A stretch of DNA of 64,000 bases from Chrysemys picta bellii. Taxonomy: Eukaryota. The DNA is taken from positions 12,152,001 to 12,216,000 of the forward strand of contig NC_088803.1 in NCBI RefSeq assembly GCF_011386835.1, read 5' to 3'. How positions within the stretch are numbered: the first letter of the stretch is position 1; the number at the start of each line of letters is the position of its first letter. Below, in pieces: positions 21,943 to 34,051 of this stretch. Below the pieces are notes generated by a model, which was not told where the DNA came from, ran no database searches, and was given only the letters and a program-made list of their open reading frames with translations. The translations under genes were made by a program, and so were the position numbers.

Positions 21943-23654
21943 TGTCATAGTTCAGGGTAACTGCACCTATATTCCCCTCTCTGTGGTCCACCAAGGGCAT
22001 CCACTTAAAGATTTCCTGGCTCCCAGACATCACCTCTTTTGGCCAGAGACCTTCACCTCACTCTCTCTTTAACGGGGTATTTCCAGATTGCAAAGTTTCC
22101 TGCCTTCACTCTGATATCCACAGCAAGCCAGACTGTCTAAACAGGCCAGTGTCTGTGTTTTGTTTTCTCTCCAAAGGCTATGAAAGGCCATAATTGCCAG
22201 CAGTTACAAATTACCACAGCTCTTTATAAGCAAGCACATTACAGAAAAAACATAATAATAATAATAATAATGAATAATAATAAATCCTACATGTGTCATA
22301 ACTATAAAGGGAAGGGTAACAGCCCTCCTGTGTACAGTACTATAAAATCCCTCCTGGCCAGAGACTCCAAAATCCTTTTACCTGTAAAGGGTTAAGAAGC
22401 TCAGGTAACCTGGTTGACACCTGACCCAAAGGACCAATAAGGGGACAAGATACTTTCAAATCTTGGTGGGGGGAAGGCTTTTGTTTGTGCTCTTTGTTTT
22501 GGGGGTTGTTCGCTCTTGGGACTGAGAGGGACCAGACATCAATCCAGGTTCTCCAAATCTTTCTGAACAAGTCTCTCATATTTCCAACTTCTAAGTAAAC
22601 AGCCAGGCAAGGCGTGTTAGTTTTTATCTTTGTTTTCTCAACTTGTAAATGTACCTTTTTGCTAGAGTGTTTATCTCTGTTTGCTGTAACTTTGAACCTA
22701 AGGCTAGAGGGGATTCCTTTGGACTCTTTAAGTTTGATTACCCTGTAAAGTTATTTTCCATCCTGATTTTACAGAGATGATTTTTACCTTTTTCTTTAAT
22801 TAAAGCCTTCTTTTTAAGAACCTGATTGATTTTTCCTTGTTTTTAGATCCAAGGGGTTTGGATCTTGATCCACCAGGAGTTGGTGGGAGAAAGGAGGGGA
22901 ATGGTTAATTTCTCCTTGTTTTAAGATCCAAGGGGTTTGGATCTTATTCACCAGGGAATTGGTGAAGAGTCTCTCAAGGCTACCCAGGGAAGGGAATTAG
23001 CACTTTGGGAGTGGTGACAGCAGACCAGATCTAAGCTGGTAGTTAAGCTTAGAAGTTTTCATGCAGGTCCCCACATTTGTACCCTAAAGTTCAGAGTGGG
23101 GAAGGAGCCTTGACAACATGCATGCTAAAAAGCTTATCAGAATCTACCCTGACCATGGGGTCTGGTATGCGTCAATCCTTCAGAACCCACAAGTGGATGT
23201 TCCCAGTGGTTATGACTCATAAAACTATTTGAGATTCAGAACCTTAATCCCAACTGGGCAGCTCAGTCTTTATTCAGCTCGGGCCTTTGGACTTCAACAG
23301 AATAGGTAATCAGCAGATGATCACCCTCTCCTTGGACATAGCTTCAAATGGCTGGGTTTTTGAATAACCCAAAGTGGAGAATTTGCATTCTTTCCCCCCT
23401 CACCATTCCCCAGGAAAACCACTTAATGTTTTTGGTCCCCAAAGTCCATTCTTGTCCAGCCCATTGTTCAATACATTCCTTTGAACCCCCAGGTCTCACG
23501 TCTGTCACATCTCCCCTCCACCCCCGGAGAGGTTACAAACTAGCCCAGCCCACAACAATACATAATTTATTAATTTCATACAATGGAAGATACTTAAACT
23601 TAATTCAATAAGGTCTCCCAAAGACATGGCAGGAAATAGCCATATCATTTCACA
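21943..23654. mobile_element. LTR-like element interrupted by the 22294-23115 solo LTR
   Basis: The termini are TGTCATAG...TTTCACA, and the flanks ATAGT/GGAGT match only partly. Confidence 0.45.
22294..23115 (+). mobile_element. Complete solo LTR (822 bp)
   Basis: The termini are TGTCA...TGACA, with a perfect 5-bp TSD ACATG at 22289-22293 and 23116-23120. Confidence 0.92.
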
Positions 23655-24274
23655 GGAGTCTTAGATGGAGGCCAGGACAGTGCCAAGGCTTTGTCGAGAC
23701 CCATAAGGCTTAAAATTCCCAAAGATCCAGTGACTGGGTTCCTTCCCAGCAATCTGGTGGTCTGCCAGCACGGTGAGCCTGACCGGGTCTGTGACAATCA
23801 TATGTATGAGGTATTTTTTCCCCCCATGTAGTTAATTATTGGCCTGTTTCATGAAGCAGAAAAGCTGATCTCTCTTGTACATTGGTAACCTCGCTAGTGT
23901 AACTGTGTGTATTTATTCATTCTTATATGGCCCTCACAACTGTAGTTCTGACCACCTGTCACAGATATGGTCAGGCACCCTCTGCCAGCTGCCCACCAGC
24001 CTGCTGTGAGGGGAATCCAAGCCCCTGGATCTGTCTGGAGTCCAGTCACCACCCCAGCTTTTGGGGTCCCTAGGCCCGCTCTCGGAATGCAGAGCATCTA
24101 ATTCGCCTTTATGAATGCTGGCACCTCCTGTCCAGTGCCTGAGCTCCTTGCTGACCCTTCAAGATTCCCTCATCGCTTGAATAAACCTCTCCCATAAATT
24201 CACACCAGATCACGAGCCTTCTGTTTTACCATTCAGCTCTCTCAGGGGGCACATGGCCATTGTGAAGCAAATGG

Positions 24275-24460
24275 GGGGGAGGGATAGCTCAGTGGTTTGA
24301 GCATTGGCCTGCTAAACCCAGGGTTGTGAGTTCAATTCTTAAAGGGGCCATTTAGGGATCTGGGGCAAAATCAGTACTTGGTCCTGCTAGTGAAGGCAGG
24401 GGGCTGGGATCTTTCAAGGTCCCTTCCAGCTCTAGGAGATAGGATATCTCCATTTATTTA
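24275..24460 (+). mobile_element. Turtle tRNA-derived polIII/SINE with a CR1-like tail
   Basis: The A box TAGCTCAGTGG is at 24285-24295 and the B box GAGTTCAATTC at 24328-24338. The 3' end GGTCCCTTCCAGCTCTAGGAGATAGG resembles the CR1 3' end. Confidence 0.88.
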
Positions 24461-24861
24461 AATATTTAAATAACACTCATAGGCATAGACATGCTGTGTT
24501 GTTCTTTTATACTTAGTACATATAAAGGGTTTGAACAGGGGAATCCCCCCCCTCTAAGGAGAGTGCCCTAACTGCTCGGTTACGGGAAAGAGATAAAGGG
24601 TGGCTTCCCTGCTTCCTAATTTCTAAAGTTTTCAACTCATCATTACAGTGTGCTGGTCCTAGGAGCGGATGGATGCCCACCTGAATGGTGTTCAGAGCCC
24701 TCAGCAATCACAGAGGTGGGAACAGGAGACAACTCAGACCTTACATGGCTGGGCTCAGGAGAACATGACAAATCTTAGCACCTCCATTTGGGAGGGTCTG
24801 GAGACAGGCCTGAGAAAGAGTTGAGAAAGTGAGGGAAGACACCTGAGAGAATTATGAGATG

Positions 24862-24901
24862 TCATAGAGAGATAGAGAGAGAGAGAGAAAGAGAGAGAGA
24901 A
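24862..24901. repeat. (GA)n microsatellite in OR2 intron 1
   Basis: Read directly from the sequence. Confidence 0.9.
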
Positions 24902-25225
24902 GGCCTTGCTGAGGTGAGGAAAGGGGAAAGAGATAAAACGGGAACACAATCCAGCCCAAACTACAGTCCAGTGGATGTGTGTTACTGTGGAACTGCAGGC
25001 GACTTCTGTGCTGGGTCCTTGCTCCGAAATGAGCTGTTGTAACTCACTATTCCCAGACAGTCTCTACAAGGTTTCAGCTCAGGGGAGAATGGGCTGTGAT
25101 ACAGAAAGTTGACTGCCCCTGCAAATTGCATTCCTGCGGGGCAGATCAGGTTGGGTTTCTTCCCAATAGGTCAAGTTTTCCATCATAAAATTTCCAGGGC
25201 TTTGTCCAGAAATTATCCAACTTAC

Positions 25226-25540
25226 CTTTAATCCTCAATATGAAGCAGCGATCTCTCCGTTGAGAGAGACTGGGAGTAGAGAATGGGATCTGATTTCCAT
25301 CCTCACTCTGCTATCTCAGACAATCTCATTCACTCCGCAGAGACAACTACATTGTCGGGATAGGATGGGCTGCTCTAGGCTGATTCATACCCTGCTCTAT
25401 TTTTACAGGATTTATAGGGGAAAGCAGCCTCAGACTGGCTCTTGCTGCTGCTTGTCTCTCCCTGGAGGCGGCTGATAATGATCTCGTTTAAATTCATGGG
25501 AAAATTAACACCATGTTGTTTGTCAAAACAGTGCAAACAT
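25226..25540 (-). promoter_or_regulatory. Putative promoter and non-coding exon 1 of OR2
   Basis: Donor GAGGATTAAAG|GTAAGT (exon end 25226), TATAAA at 25416-25411, O/E-like TCCCTGGAG at 25459-25467, TAATGA at 25476-25481 and GGGAAAATTAAC at about 25498-25509. Confidence 0.72.
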
Positions 25541-26044
25541 CAAGGCCATTGAAAAAAAACAAATTAAAAATTACTTAGATAAGTTAGATGTCTTCAAGTT
25601 GCCAGGTCTTGATGAAATATATCCTAGAATACTCAAGCTGACTGAACAGGCATCTGACCCATTAGCAATTGCCTTTGCAAAGTCATTGAACATGGGAAAG
25701 ATTCCAAAGGAGTGGAAAGGGGCAAATATAGTGCCCATCTATAAAAAGGAAATAAGGACAATCCAGGGAATTACAGACCAGTCTGTTTAACTTCAATACT
25801 CAGAAAGATAAAGGAGTAAATAACCAAGAAAACATTTAGAGGATAATAAGGTAATGAGTAACAGTCAACATGGATTTGTCAAGAACAAATTTTATCAAAC
25901 CAACCTAATAGCTTTCTTTAACAGGGTAACAAGCCTTCTGGATTGTGGGAAGTTGTAGATGCGGTGCATCTTGACTTTAGTAAGGCTTTTGATACCGTCT
26001 TGCATGACCTTCTCATAAACAAACTAGGGAAATACAACTTAGAT

Positions 26045-26270
26045 AAAAAGAAGAACAGGAGTACTTGTGGCACCTTAGAGACTAACAAATTTATTAGAGC
26101 ATAAGCTTTCGTGGACTACAGCCCACTTCTTCGGATATGCATCCGAAGAAGTGGGCTGTAGTCCACGAAAGCTTATGCTCTAATAAATTTGTTAGTCTCT
26201 AAGGTGCCACAAGTACTCCTGTTCTTCTTTTTGCAGATACAGACTAACACGGCTGCTACTCTGAAACCTA
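26045..26270. mobile_element. Penelope-like insertion forming a perfect 92-bp inverted repeat
   Basis: Arms 26045-26136 and 26141-26232 are exact reverse complements around a 4-nt loop (ATGC). The 11-bp TSD ACAACTTAGAT is at 26034-26044 and 26271-26281. Confidence 0.92.
26139..26178 (+). ncRNA. Minimal type I hammerhead ribozyme-like motif
   Basis: Stem I is GCAU 26139-42 with AUGC 26175-78, the core CCGAAGA is 26143-49, and stem II is 26151-56 with 26161-66. GAAA is 26167-70, followed by the AGCU palindrome, with a predicted cut after 26174. Confidence 0.6.
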
Positions 26271-27729
26271 ACAACTTAGATAGAACTACTATAAGGTGGG
26301 TGCATAACTGATTGAAAAAACGTACCCAGAGTCATCAGTGGTTCACAGTCAAGATGGAAAAGCGTATCAAGTGGGGTCCCAGAGGGATCGGTCCTGGGTC
26401 CAATTCTGTTAAATAGCTTCATCAATGATTTAGATAATGGCCTAGAGAGTACACTTATAAAGTTTGCGGCCGATACCAAGCTGGAAGGGGTTGCAAGTGC
26501 TTAGGAGGATAGGATTAAAATTAAAAATGATCTGGACAAAATGGAGAAATGGTCTGAAGTCAATAGGAGGAAATTCCATAAGGACGAATGTAAAGTACTC
26601 CATTTAGGAAGGAACAATCAGTTGCACACACACAAAATGGGAAATGGCTGCCTAGGAAGGAGTACTGTGGAAAGGGATCTGGGGGTCATAGTGGACCACA
26701 AGCTAAATATGAGTCAACAGTGTAACACTAATGCAAAAAATCAAACATCATTCTGGGATGTATTAGCAGGAATGTTGTAAGCAAGACACAAGAAGTAATT
26801 CTTCCGCTCTTCTCAACAGTGATACGGCCTCAACTGGAGTATTGTGTCCAGTTCTGGGCACCACATTTCAGGAAAGATATGGAGAAATTGGAGAAAGTCC
26901 AGAGAAGAGCAACACAAATGACTAAAGGCTTCAGAATACAGATACCATGTCCACCCAACTATCTATGAGTGGAGGGAAACTGAGGCACATTGTCATCCAG
27001 ATCCTAGGATGAGGAAATCAACATTGGCACACATGGACATACAACAAACCAATTCCATTTGAGCTGAGTTAGATGTTTACACTGATTTTGTCCATCACGT
27101 TGAATGTCTGGTTTGCCTCATCCTGACACAGATGTCACCTCCAATTCCCCGCCTTGGGGTCATGTTGTATTTCAGGTTGCCATCTCCATATCCAATATAA
27201 TTCCACTTCCCCAATACATCACTAGCTCCACCGCTAACACAGAGTAGAACAATAGATAACAGCCTCCAAAGATTTAACTACCTGAAGATAGTTTCTCTAG
27301 ACACCTAGTAAACTATTAACTCTGAGTAGGACTGCACTCCCGGAATTATCCCTTTGAAATCAATGTGAGCCCAGATGGAGGTAGGTGCTACTCAATGTGA
27401 GTAGGTTATTAGCATCTCATCCTCATCTAATAAATTGGTGAGGAACATGTAAGTACCTAGCATGGCCAGATGGATGGTCAGAGAGATAGATAGAGGGGTG
27501 TGTATACAGATAGATCACTATCTTGTCCTGGATTTCATAAGGAGCCTGCTCGAGTTAGACACCCAACATGCACCGACATTTGATCTCATTCCAAATGCCA
27601 TTCAGTAACGAACATAGGCAAATAATGGAAGGTGTCAGAAATGTAGCTTGTCTTCTCCCTGTCTCCTAACACAAGAACAATGGGAGAGTCAATGACATTG
27701 AAAGGGAACTGAAACTGCTAAAACCAAAT

Positions 27730-28330
27730 ACTTTACACAACCTCCCTATCCCCCAGCTTCCCCCAGACATCCCACCCAACACACAGCTACCTCCAAATTC
27801 CAGCTAACCTCAGACAATCCTGTGCAGCCCCTACTTAGTTCCCAAATCCACAGCTAACCCAATACCCCTACTCAGCACACAGTAACCCCCAAATATCCCC
27901 ATCAAACCCAATACCTCTACCCAGCCCCCCACTAATCCTCAAATAGCCCCATTGAACCCAATACCCACAACCAGCCCCCAGTAGCTCCTAAACATCCCCA
28001 TTGAACCCAATATCCCCCTAACCCTAGTAACACCCAAATATCCCCAGCTAACCACAGATACCTCCATCCAACCTCCAGTAACCCCCATATATCCCCAGCT
28101 AACCACAGATACCCACCCAGCCCCCAGTAACCCCAAAATATCCCCATCAAACACAATATCCCACCCATTCCCCAGTAGCCCCCAAATATCATCATCAAAC
28201 CTAATAGCCCCACCTAGCCCCCTAGTAGCCCCCACACATCCCCAATTACTTCTGATACCCCTGCCCAGACCCCAGTAACCCCAAACATCTTCATTCCCAC
28301 TCTAGCTATCCTCACCCAGCACCAGCTTCC
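27730..28330. repeat. Degenerate C/A-rich minisatellite
   Basis: Recurrent CCCCAAATATCCCC, CAGCTAACCACAGATACC and CCCCAGTAAC motifs. Confidence 0.85.
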
Positions 28331-28409
28331 ATTCTTTGTGCCAGCTGCTGTACAGACATAGACTGAGCTAACACTTGCCTCCAAACTGTGCGCTTTTAAT
28401 GGTGTGATT

Positions 28410-28610
28410 AATTAACCATTGGAGCAACTTACCAAGGGGTGTGGTGGATTCTCCATTACTGACAATTTTTAAATCAACATTGGGTGTTTTTTAAGCAAAC
28501 TGCTCAAGGAATTATTGTGGGGAAGTTCTCTTGCCTATGCTATATGGGAGGTCAGAGGTTAAAGTAGATGATTACCATGGTCCCTTCTGACCCGGGAATC
28601 TGAATCTATT
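28410..28610 (+). mobile_element. CR1 3' end
   Basis: It contains TGGTGGATTCTCC...GGAGGTCAGA...TGGTCCCTTCTGAC...GAATCTGAATCT. Confidence 0.75.
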
Positions 28611-29509
28611 AATGTTTTTGGTTTTATTGAAATTTTCTGGGAAAAAAAAGACTCTGTCTATTGGGAATACAACATACAAAGCTGTAGCTCTATTCAAGCC
28701 AATGGGTCACATCTGTCTATGTGTCTGGCAACACCAGCACAGGTTTTTGTACATGGGCTGAACACCGGGGCAGGTGACACTGATGAATCAAGGAGAATAC
28801 CTTGAGAAGGAGAGACCTAGGACATTGAGTTCTGATTGGCTACAAAGCACCCTCATTCTTCTGCTCTCACAGAATCATAGGACTGGAAGGGACCTTGAGA
28901 TATCATCTAGTCCAGTCCCCTGCACTCATGGCAGGACTGAATATTATCTAGTCAATGGATGTTTTGCTATTAAGCCCAATTCTCACTTAAACCAGTTTGA
29001 AGCTGGTGGAGCAGCATGGGGTTCAATGGCGTTACTCCAGATCTGAACCAGTGTAAGTGAGAACGGAATCGGGCACAGTGACCTCAGAGGAGTGGCTCCT
29101 GATTTACAGTGGTCAGAGTGAGCGAAGCAGGATTCAGCCCTGTGGCTGTGATTTTCAAAGAAGCCTAATGGAATTAGGCACCCGCATCCCATTGAATTTC
29201 CATGGGGAGCTACTGATGAGCACTGTGAAAAATATGGTCACTTAGATGTCCAAATGGGTAATGAGTTTTGCCGCCCTCCATCTCACCACAGAGGACCTGC
29301 CCATGGTCATACAGGGAGTCTGCGACAGAGCTGGAATGGAAGCCATTTTTTTCTAGTCTCATTTTGGTGTGTTAACCACAAGATCATACTTATTGTTAAT
29401 TATGGGTCAACCCTATCTATCTATCTGTCTATCTATCTATCTATCTATTTTCCTAGTAACTCTCATTAGTCTAAATTTCTCATCCCGTGAACTGCCCGCT
29501 GGCACCCAA

Positions 29510-29690
29510 AGGGCAGCGTAGCCCGGTGGCTAGTGTCCTGAACAAGGAGTGAGGCAATCTGAAAGCTACTTGGCTTTTATTCCTGGCTGTCACTGACCTG
29601 TTCTGTAACTTTAGGCAGCCACTGCCACCCTCTCTCTGTGCCTCAGTTTCCACCAGTGTCAGAGGAGGACGCAGATAATTCTCTTCCATT
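29510..29690 (+). mobile_element. MIR/CORE-like SINE remnant
   Basis: It has the CORE motif CTCTCTGTGCCTCAGTTTCC preceded by a degenerate tRNA-like head. Confidence 0.5.
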
Positions 29691-29799
29691 GTGGAGTCCT
29701 TTGCAGCTCATGGGCATAGTTACACTACTGCTAGGGCTAAGTGTGGTTACCGATGGGCTGGCTACTTACTCCTCATTCCCCCATACACACCAGTGCTGA

Positions 29800-30163
29800 A
29801 AGGAAATTCCCCTGGAGTGATATCAGCATGCCAGTGATTTCAGCCCTGATGTTTACATTGAGTTAACAGGACATGTATAATTAACTCCCCAAATCCCTGC
29901 AATTTCAAAGGGATCATTAACTCTCAAAGGGGAGCCCTGAAGCAGAAAGACATAGGGGGAGGCTCCTTTTTCTTATTAACCGTACAAGAACCCAGAGCTG
30001 GAGGCATTTCAGTTAATGCACAGAGTCAAGCTCCACTGGGAGCCTGGAGACATCCTGCAGAGTGAGTGAGAGCGTGCAGAGACTGAGAGGAGGGGTTAGA
30101 TCCCGCTCCCCAGACCCAGTCACCTTCAGCAGAGAGGTCGCTGCTTCACACTCAGGATCGAAG
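29800..30163 (+). promoter_or_regulatory. Putative promoter and non-coding exon 1 of OR3
   Basis: O/E-like TCCCCTGGAG at 29808-29817, TAATTAA at 29878-29884, TCATTA at 29914-29919, CTCAAAGGGGA at 29923-29933 and TATTAA at about 29974. The exon ends GCTGCTTCACACTCAGGATCGAAG|GTAAAT (30163), homologous to OR2 GCTGCTTCATATTGAGGATTAAAG|GTAAGT. Confidence 0.7.
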
Positions 30164-30768
30164 GTAAATGTTACCACCCTTGAGTCAACCCTATCTATCC
30201 TGAGGGCAAACCCTGAGGCCCTGACTCACTTGTTGCTCGGTTTCCAGATGCTAAAATTCCCATCACCGAGCAGGACCAGTGGGTGTTTCCCCTGCGTTTG
30301 GATTTCAGGATCTGTGTCTTTTCCAGCAGAGGATCTTGTTTACCAAAAGGAGATATCCATTCACCCATCCGTGTCCCCATGCACCGACTCATCCACCCCA
30401 GTCAGTGAGATTGGGGGACCTCAGTGGTGCTCGGGAGGCATCCTGAGTTGATGGGAAATCCACACCGATTTGGAAATAGCAGCAGCATCTGTCCCACCAG
30501 GCATAGGGGTTGCTTGTGCATTTCCTGCTCTCCCTCGCTTCTCTGCTCTCTCCTGGATGTGTCAGCACTGCTCCCAACGTAGCTGAACTGAGACACTGCA
30601 GAGCGGCTGGGAGAACTCAGTTACGGCTGCTCCACTGCAGTGGAGTCCATCAGCTGGTCCATGCCCCAAGACTCACCCGGATCGGATGGTGTATAGGGTG
30701 CAGTTGGGGGCAGAACCTGGGGAAATGGGATTGTGTCCAATCGGGCTGACTCCTTTGCGTGCTGGGGC

Positions 30769-32918
30769 CAAGGCCGGATTAACTTTTTGTGGGCCTGGTG
30801 CCAAACATATTTGTGGGCCCCCATGGGGGAAGATGCAGGGGGGTGGGATGGTCAGTCTCCAGAGTGAAGGGCGGGCTGGGGGCAATGAGGCACAGCATGG
30901 CGGGAGCAACCCCGCTCTGTGCATCCCAGCAGGAGGGCACTGTTTACAAACCTGCAGCTGCCAGACGCACACTGGCCTGCGCAGCCCTGTGCTGCCAGCA
31001 TGCCCCTTCCCTTGAGGCCAGGCCTACACCACACCACCCCCTGCCCAGTGCCCCACCCTTATGCCCAGCACCCTCTCACCCAGAGACCACCACCACAGAC
31101 GTCTATGCCCAGCCCCCACTCCTCCCAGAGACCTCCCCCACTGGCCTCCCACCACAACTGCACAACATCTTGAATACCACACCACTCACCCAGTGCCCCT
31201 ACCCATAGGCCTCCCCACGTCCCACCACCCTCCTCACAGTCCCACCATCACAGCTGCACAGCACCCCATATTCCTGAGGAGATTCTGCACCAAAAAATTA
31301 AACATTCTGTGAACAATATTTTAAAATTCTACAAATTTTTATTTGTCAATAAATAGATGTGGAGGCTGCAACATGGCAGTGGGGAGCACTGGCCACTGGT
31401 TGCATGGAGGTGGGAGAATACCCTGCAGCCTCCCCCCACCCCATCCTGGGACAGGGACTTGGCAGTGAGGCTGCACCTGACCCTGACACAGTGGAAGGGC
31501 CAGGCCTGCCCCAGAAACACCCTGGGGCCCTGACCCCTGGGCCAGGCGCACCAGCTGTGGGTGAGCAGGCTCAGCCTGCCAGCAGGATCCAAGTGCAGAG
31601 GGATAGAGTGTGGGGGGATCGAGGTGGGGTTAAGAGAGTTCTCTGTGGGGCAATCTGGGTGTGGGCGGCTCAGTGGGAGATCTGGATGCACAGAAGCTCA
31701 TTGTGGGGTTCCAGGTGCAGGGGCAATGGGATTCTGCAGGGGATCGAGGTGAAGGTGTTTGGGGCTCAGCGAGGGGGGGTCTAGGTGCAGGGTGGGGTTC
31801 ATTTGGATGGGGGTCCAGGTGCAGGTGGTTGGGGCTCAGTGGGGAGGGAGTCTGGGGGGCTCATTGGGGTGGTACAGATGCAGAGGAGGTGGGGCCTGTC
31901 AAGGTGAGGGTTTGATGGGCCGGCTTAACAGGGGAGCCCCAGCTTCTGCCAAGAGGATGCTGCATGCTGGGCTCCAGCTTCCCCCTGTCCCCGCTTCTCT
32001 CATCCCCTTTTCTTCCCCATCCCATGCCCCTTCCCATCCTATCCCCTTTGTCCCCACTGCCTGTTTCCCCCAGCCACCGCTTCCCCGCATCCCCTTCTCT
32101 TCCCCATTCCATGCTCCTTCCCCACTGCCCCATCTCCTCCCCACCCCACCCCACCCCACTGTCTCTTTCCCCCAGCCCCTGCTTCCCCTGCCCCCTTTTC
32201 TTCCCCATCCCATACCCCTTCCCCATCGCTCCATCTCCTCCCCACTGCCTTTTCCCCCGTCCCTGCTTCCCCCATTAGCGTCTCGTCTTCCCCATCCCAT
32301 GCCCCTTCCCCATCATTCCATCTCCTCCCCACCCCACCCCCTTCCTTCCCCACTGCTTCTTCCCGTCCCCGCTTCCCCATCCTTTTCTCTTCCCCATTCC
32401 ATGCTCCTTCCCCACTGCCCCATCTCCTCCCTACTCCACCCCCTTCGTCCCCACTGCCTCTTTCCCCCAGTCCCCGCTTCTCTTCCCCATCTCATGCCCA
32501 TTCCCCACCACTCTATCTCCTCCCTAGGCTTGGGGGGTAGGGGGGAAACCAACCCCCAGCAATCACCGGTGGAGTGGAGTAGGTTGGGGCCGGGTCACTC
32601 CACTTCCTGCCGCTCGGTGATTGTAGTGTGGGCCTGACCCCTACTGCAGTCCCCCAGGACGCGTAACTCAGGAGAGGGGGCTTGTGGGGGAAGGGGTGGA
32701 GTGGGAGCGGGGCTGGGGCAGAGCAGGGGTGGAAATAGGTGGGGGGGCGGAGGCCATGGGAAAGAGGCGGCGCAGAGGTGGGGGCTTTGGGGAAGAGGCA
32801 GGGTGGGGTCAGCTTTCCTGGCTGGCTCAGCCAGCCGGGGGATTGGGCCAGCCAGGGACCCTTCTGATTGTGGGCCAGGCACCATGGCACCACTGGCGCC
32901 AATGTAAACCCGGTACTA
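30769..32918. mobile_element. Composite GC-rich hAT element with nested inserts and a C-rich minisatellite (about 31975-32520)
   Basis: The TIR is CAAGGCCGGATTAA / TAAACCCGGTACTA, with a TSD GCTGGGGC/GTTGGGGC. Confidence 0.65.
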
Positions 32919-32926
32919 GTTGGGGC

Positions 32927-33340
32927 CAGGGCCGGATTTCCCATTAGGCACGTGCCTGGGGGTGCCGGCATTCTAGGAACACCTAAAAAAATCAAATGTT
33001 GCTGCTCCCGGGACTGGCAGGGGGCGGGGGGGTGGGGCTGGGGCCAGCTGAGGGGGAGACGGCCCATGCAGCCCTGCTGGAATGCCCCTCACTCAGCCCA
33101 GCAGACAGAGTCACTTCCCAGTGGAGCCGGGAGGCAGGGCTTGGGACAGTGGGTCTCTGGGCGGACTCTGGGCAGTGAAGCGATGGGAAGTGCTGGACAG
33201 TGAAGGGGTGGGGGGCACTGGGAAGTTGTGGTGGGGCTCTGCAGGGTGTGCTGGCCAGGGGGAGGTCTGATTGCATTAGGGGTAGAACCTGCCCAGCCAT
33301 CTGGATGCTCTGGCGCTGCTGGCACTAGGTCCTGCCTCCT
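32927..33340. mobile_element. Second GC-rich hAT element starting directly after the TSD of the previous one
   Basis: It starts CAGGGCCGGATTT at 32927. The right end is not defined. Confidence 0.5.
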
Positions 33341-34051
33341 TCCTTGCAGGAGACCAGGATGGGAGCCAACGGGCAGCTAAGATGTACTGAGCATTCTCCA
33401 AACTAGGGATAGTGCAATGCAATCCCCAGCACGTGGATACAGCAGAGGGAAGTAGGCAGCTGCCGCATCCGACTGCATCTCCTCTCTCCCTCTGCCTCTT
33501 GGCAGGGACAGAAGTGGGTGGCAGATGGGGTGAAACAGGTTCATGTGCTGTGTCCATCCCAACCCTTTCACAAGGCCAGGGAAGCACTAGGGGCTGGAGG
33601 GCCATAGAGTCCCTGATACAAGAGGTTCTACTAGTATGATAAAGGCCAGTCGTTCCCCTCTTCTATATTCCCCAGCCTGGGCCCTGAAAGGCATTAGTGA
33701 GCAGAGTGAGCACGGTGCAGATGGGGGAATGGAAAGAGACTAGACCACCTTTGCAGGGGTCTTGAGAACAAGGAGCCAGCTGGGAGCTGGGGGCAGAGGC
33801 ATGACCCCTTTCCAGAGCTCAGGGTGCACGGGACACATGTAGGGGAATGTGTCCTGTGAAGGGCATGGGGGCAGAACAAGGGATGGCACCTGGGCAGGTT
33901 GGGGGGGGGGGGCAAAACACATGCTGGCCAAAAAAATAATGTGTGTTTTTGGGAGGGGGAACAAATCCGAAAATGTCCAAGTCATTTTAATTCCACCCAT
34001 TTCAGAGATAAATCAATGGTTTATTTGATATTGGCATCCACATATATTTAA

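Larger units (their letters stand above)
25560..26928 (+). mobile_element. CR1 ORF2 (reverse transcriptase) fragment, interrupted by a Penelope insert
   Basis: Remnants include [45 protein letters not shown] and LEYCVQFWAPHFRKD. Confidence 0.92.

Noticed and set aside
24275-24345. tRNA-like sequence with A and B boxes
   Set aside because: It continues directly into a SINE body and CR1-like tail, so it is a SINE head and not a tRNA gene.
27932-28235. Gly/Trp/Tyr-rich ORFs resembling keratin or prion-like repeats
   Set aside because: They lie wholly within the degenerate minisatellite, open in several frames, with no exon context.
31759-32637. 292-aa proline-rich ORF and its overlapping Gly/Arg-rich antisense ORFs
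   Set aside because: It is a translation of a C-rich minisatellite inside an hAT MITE, with no domain and a repeat-driven composition.
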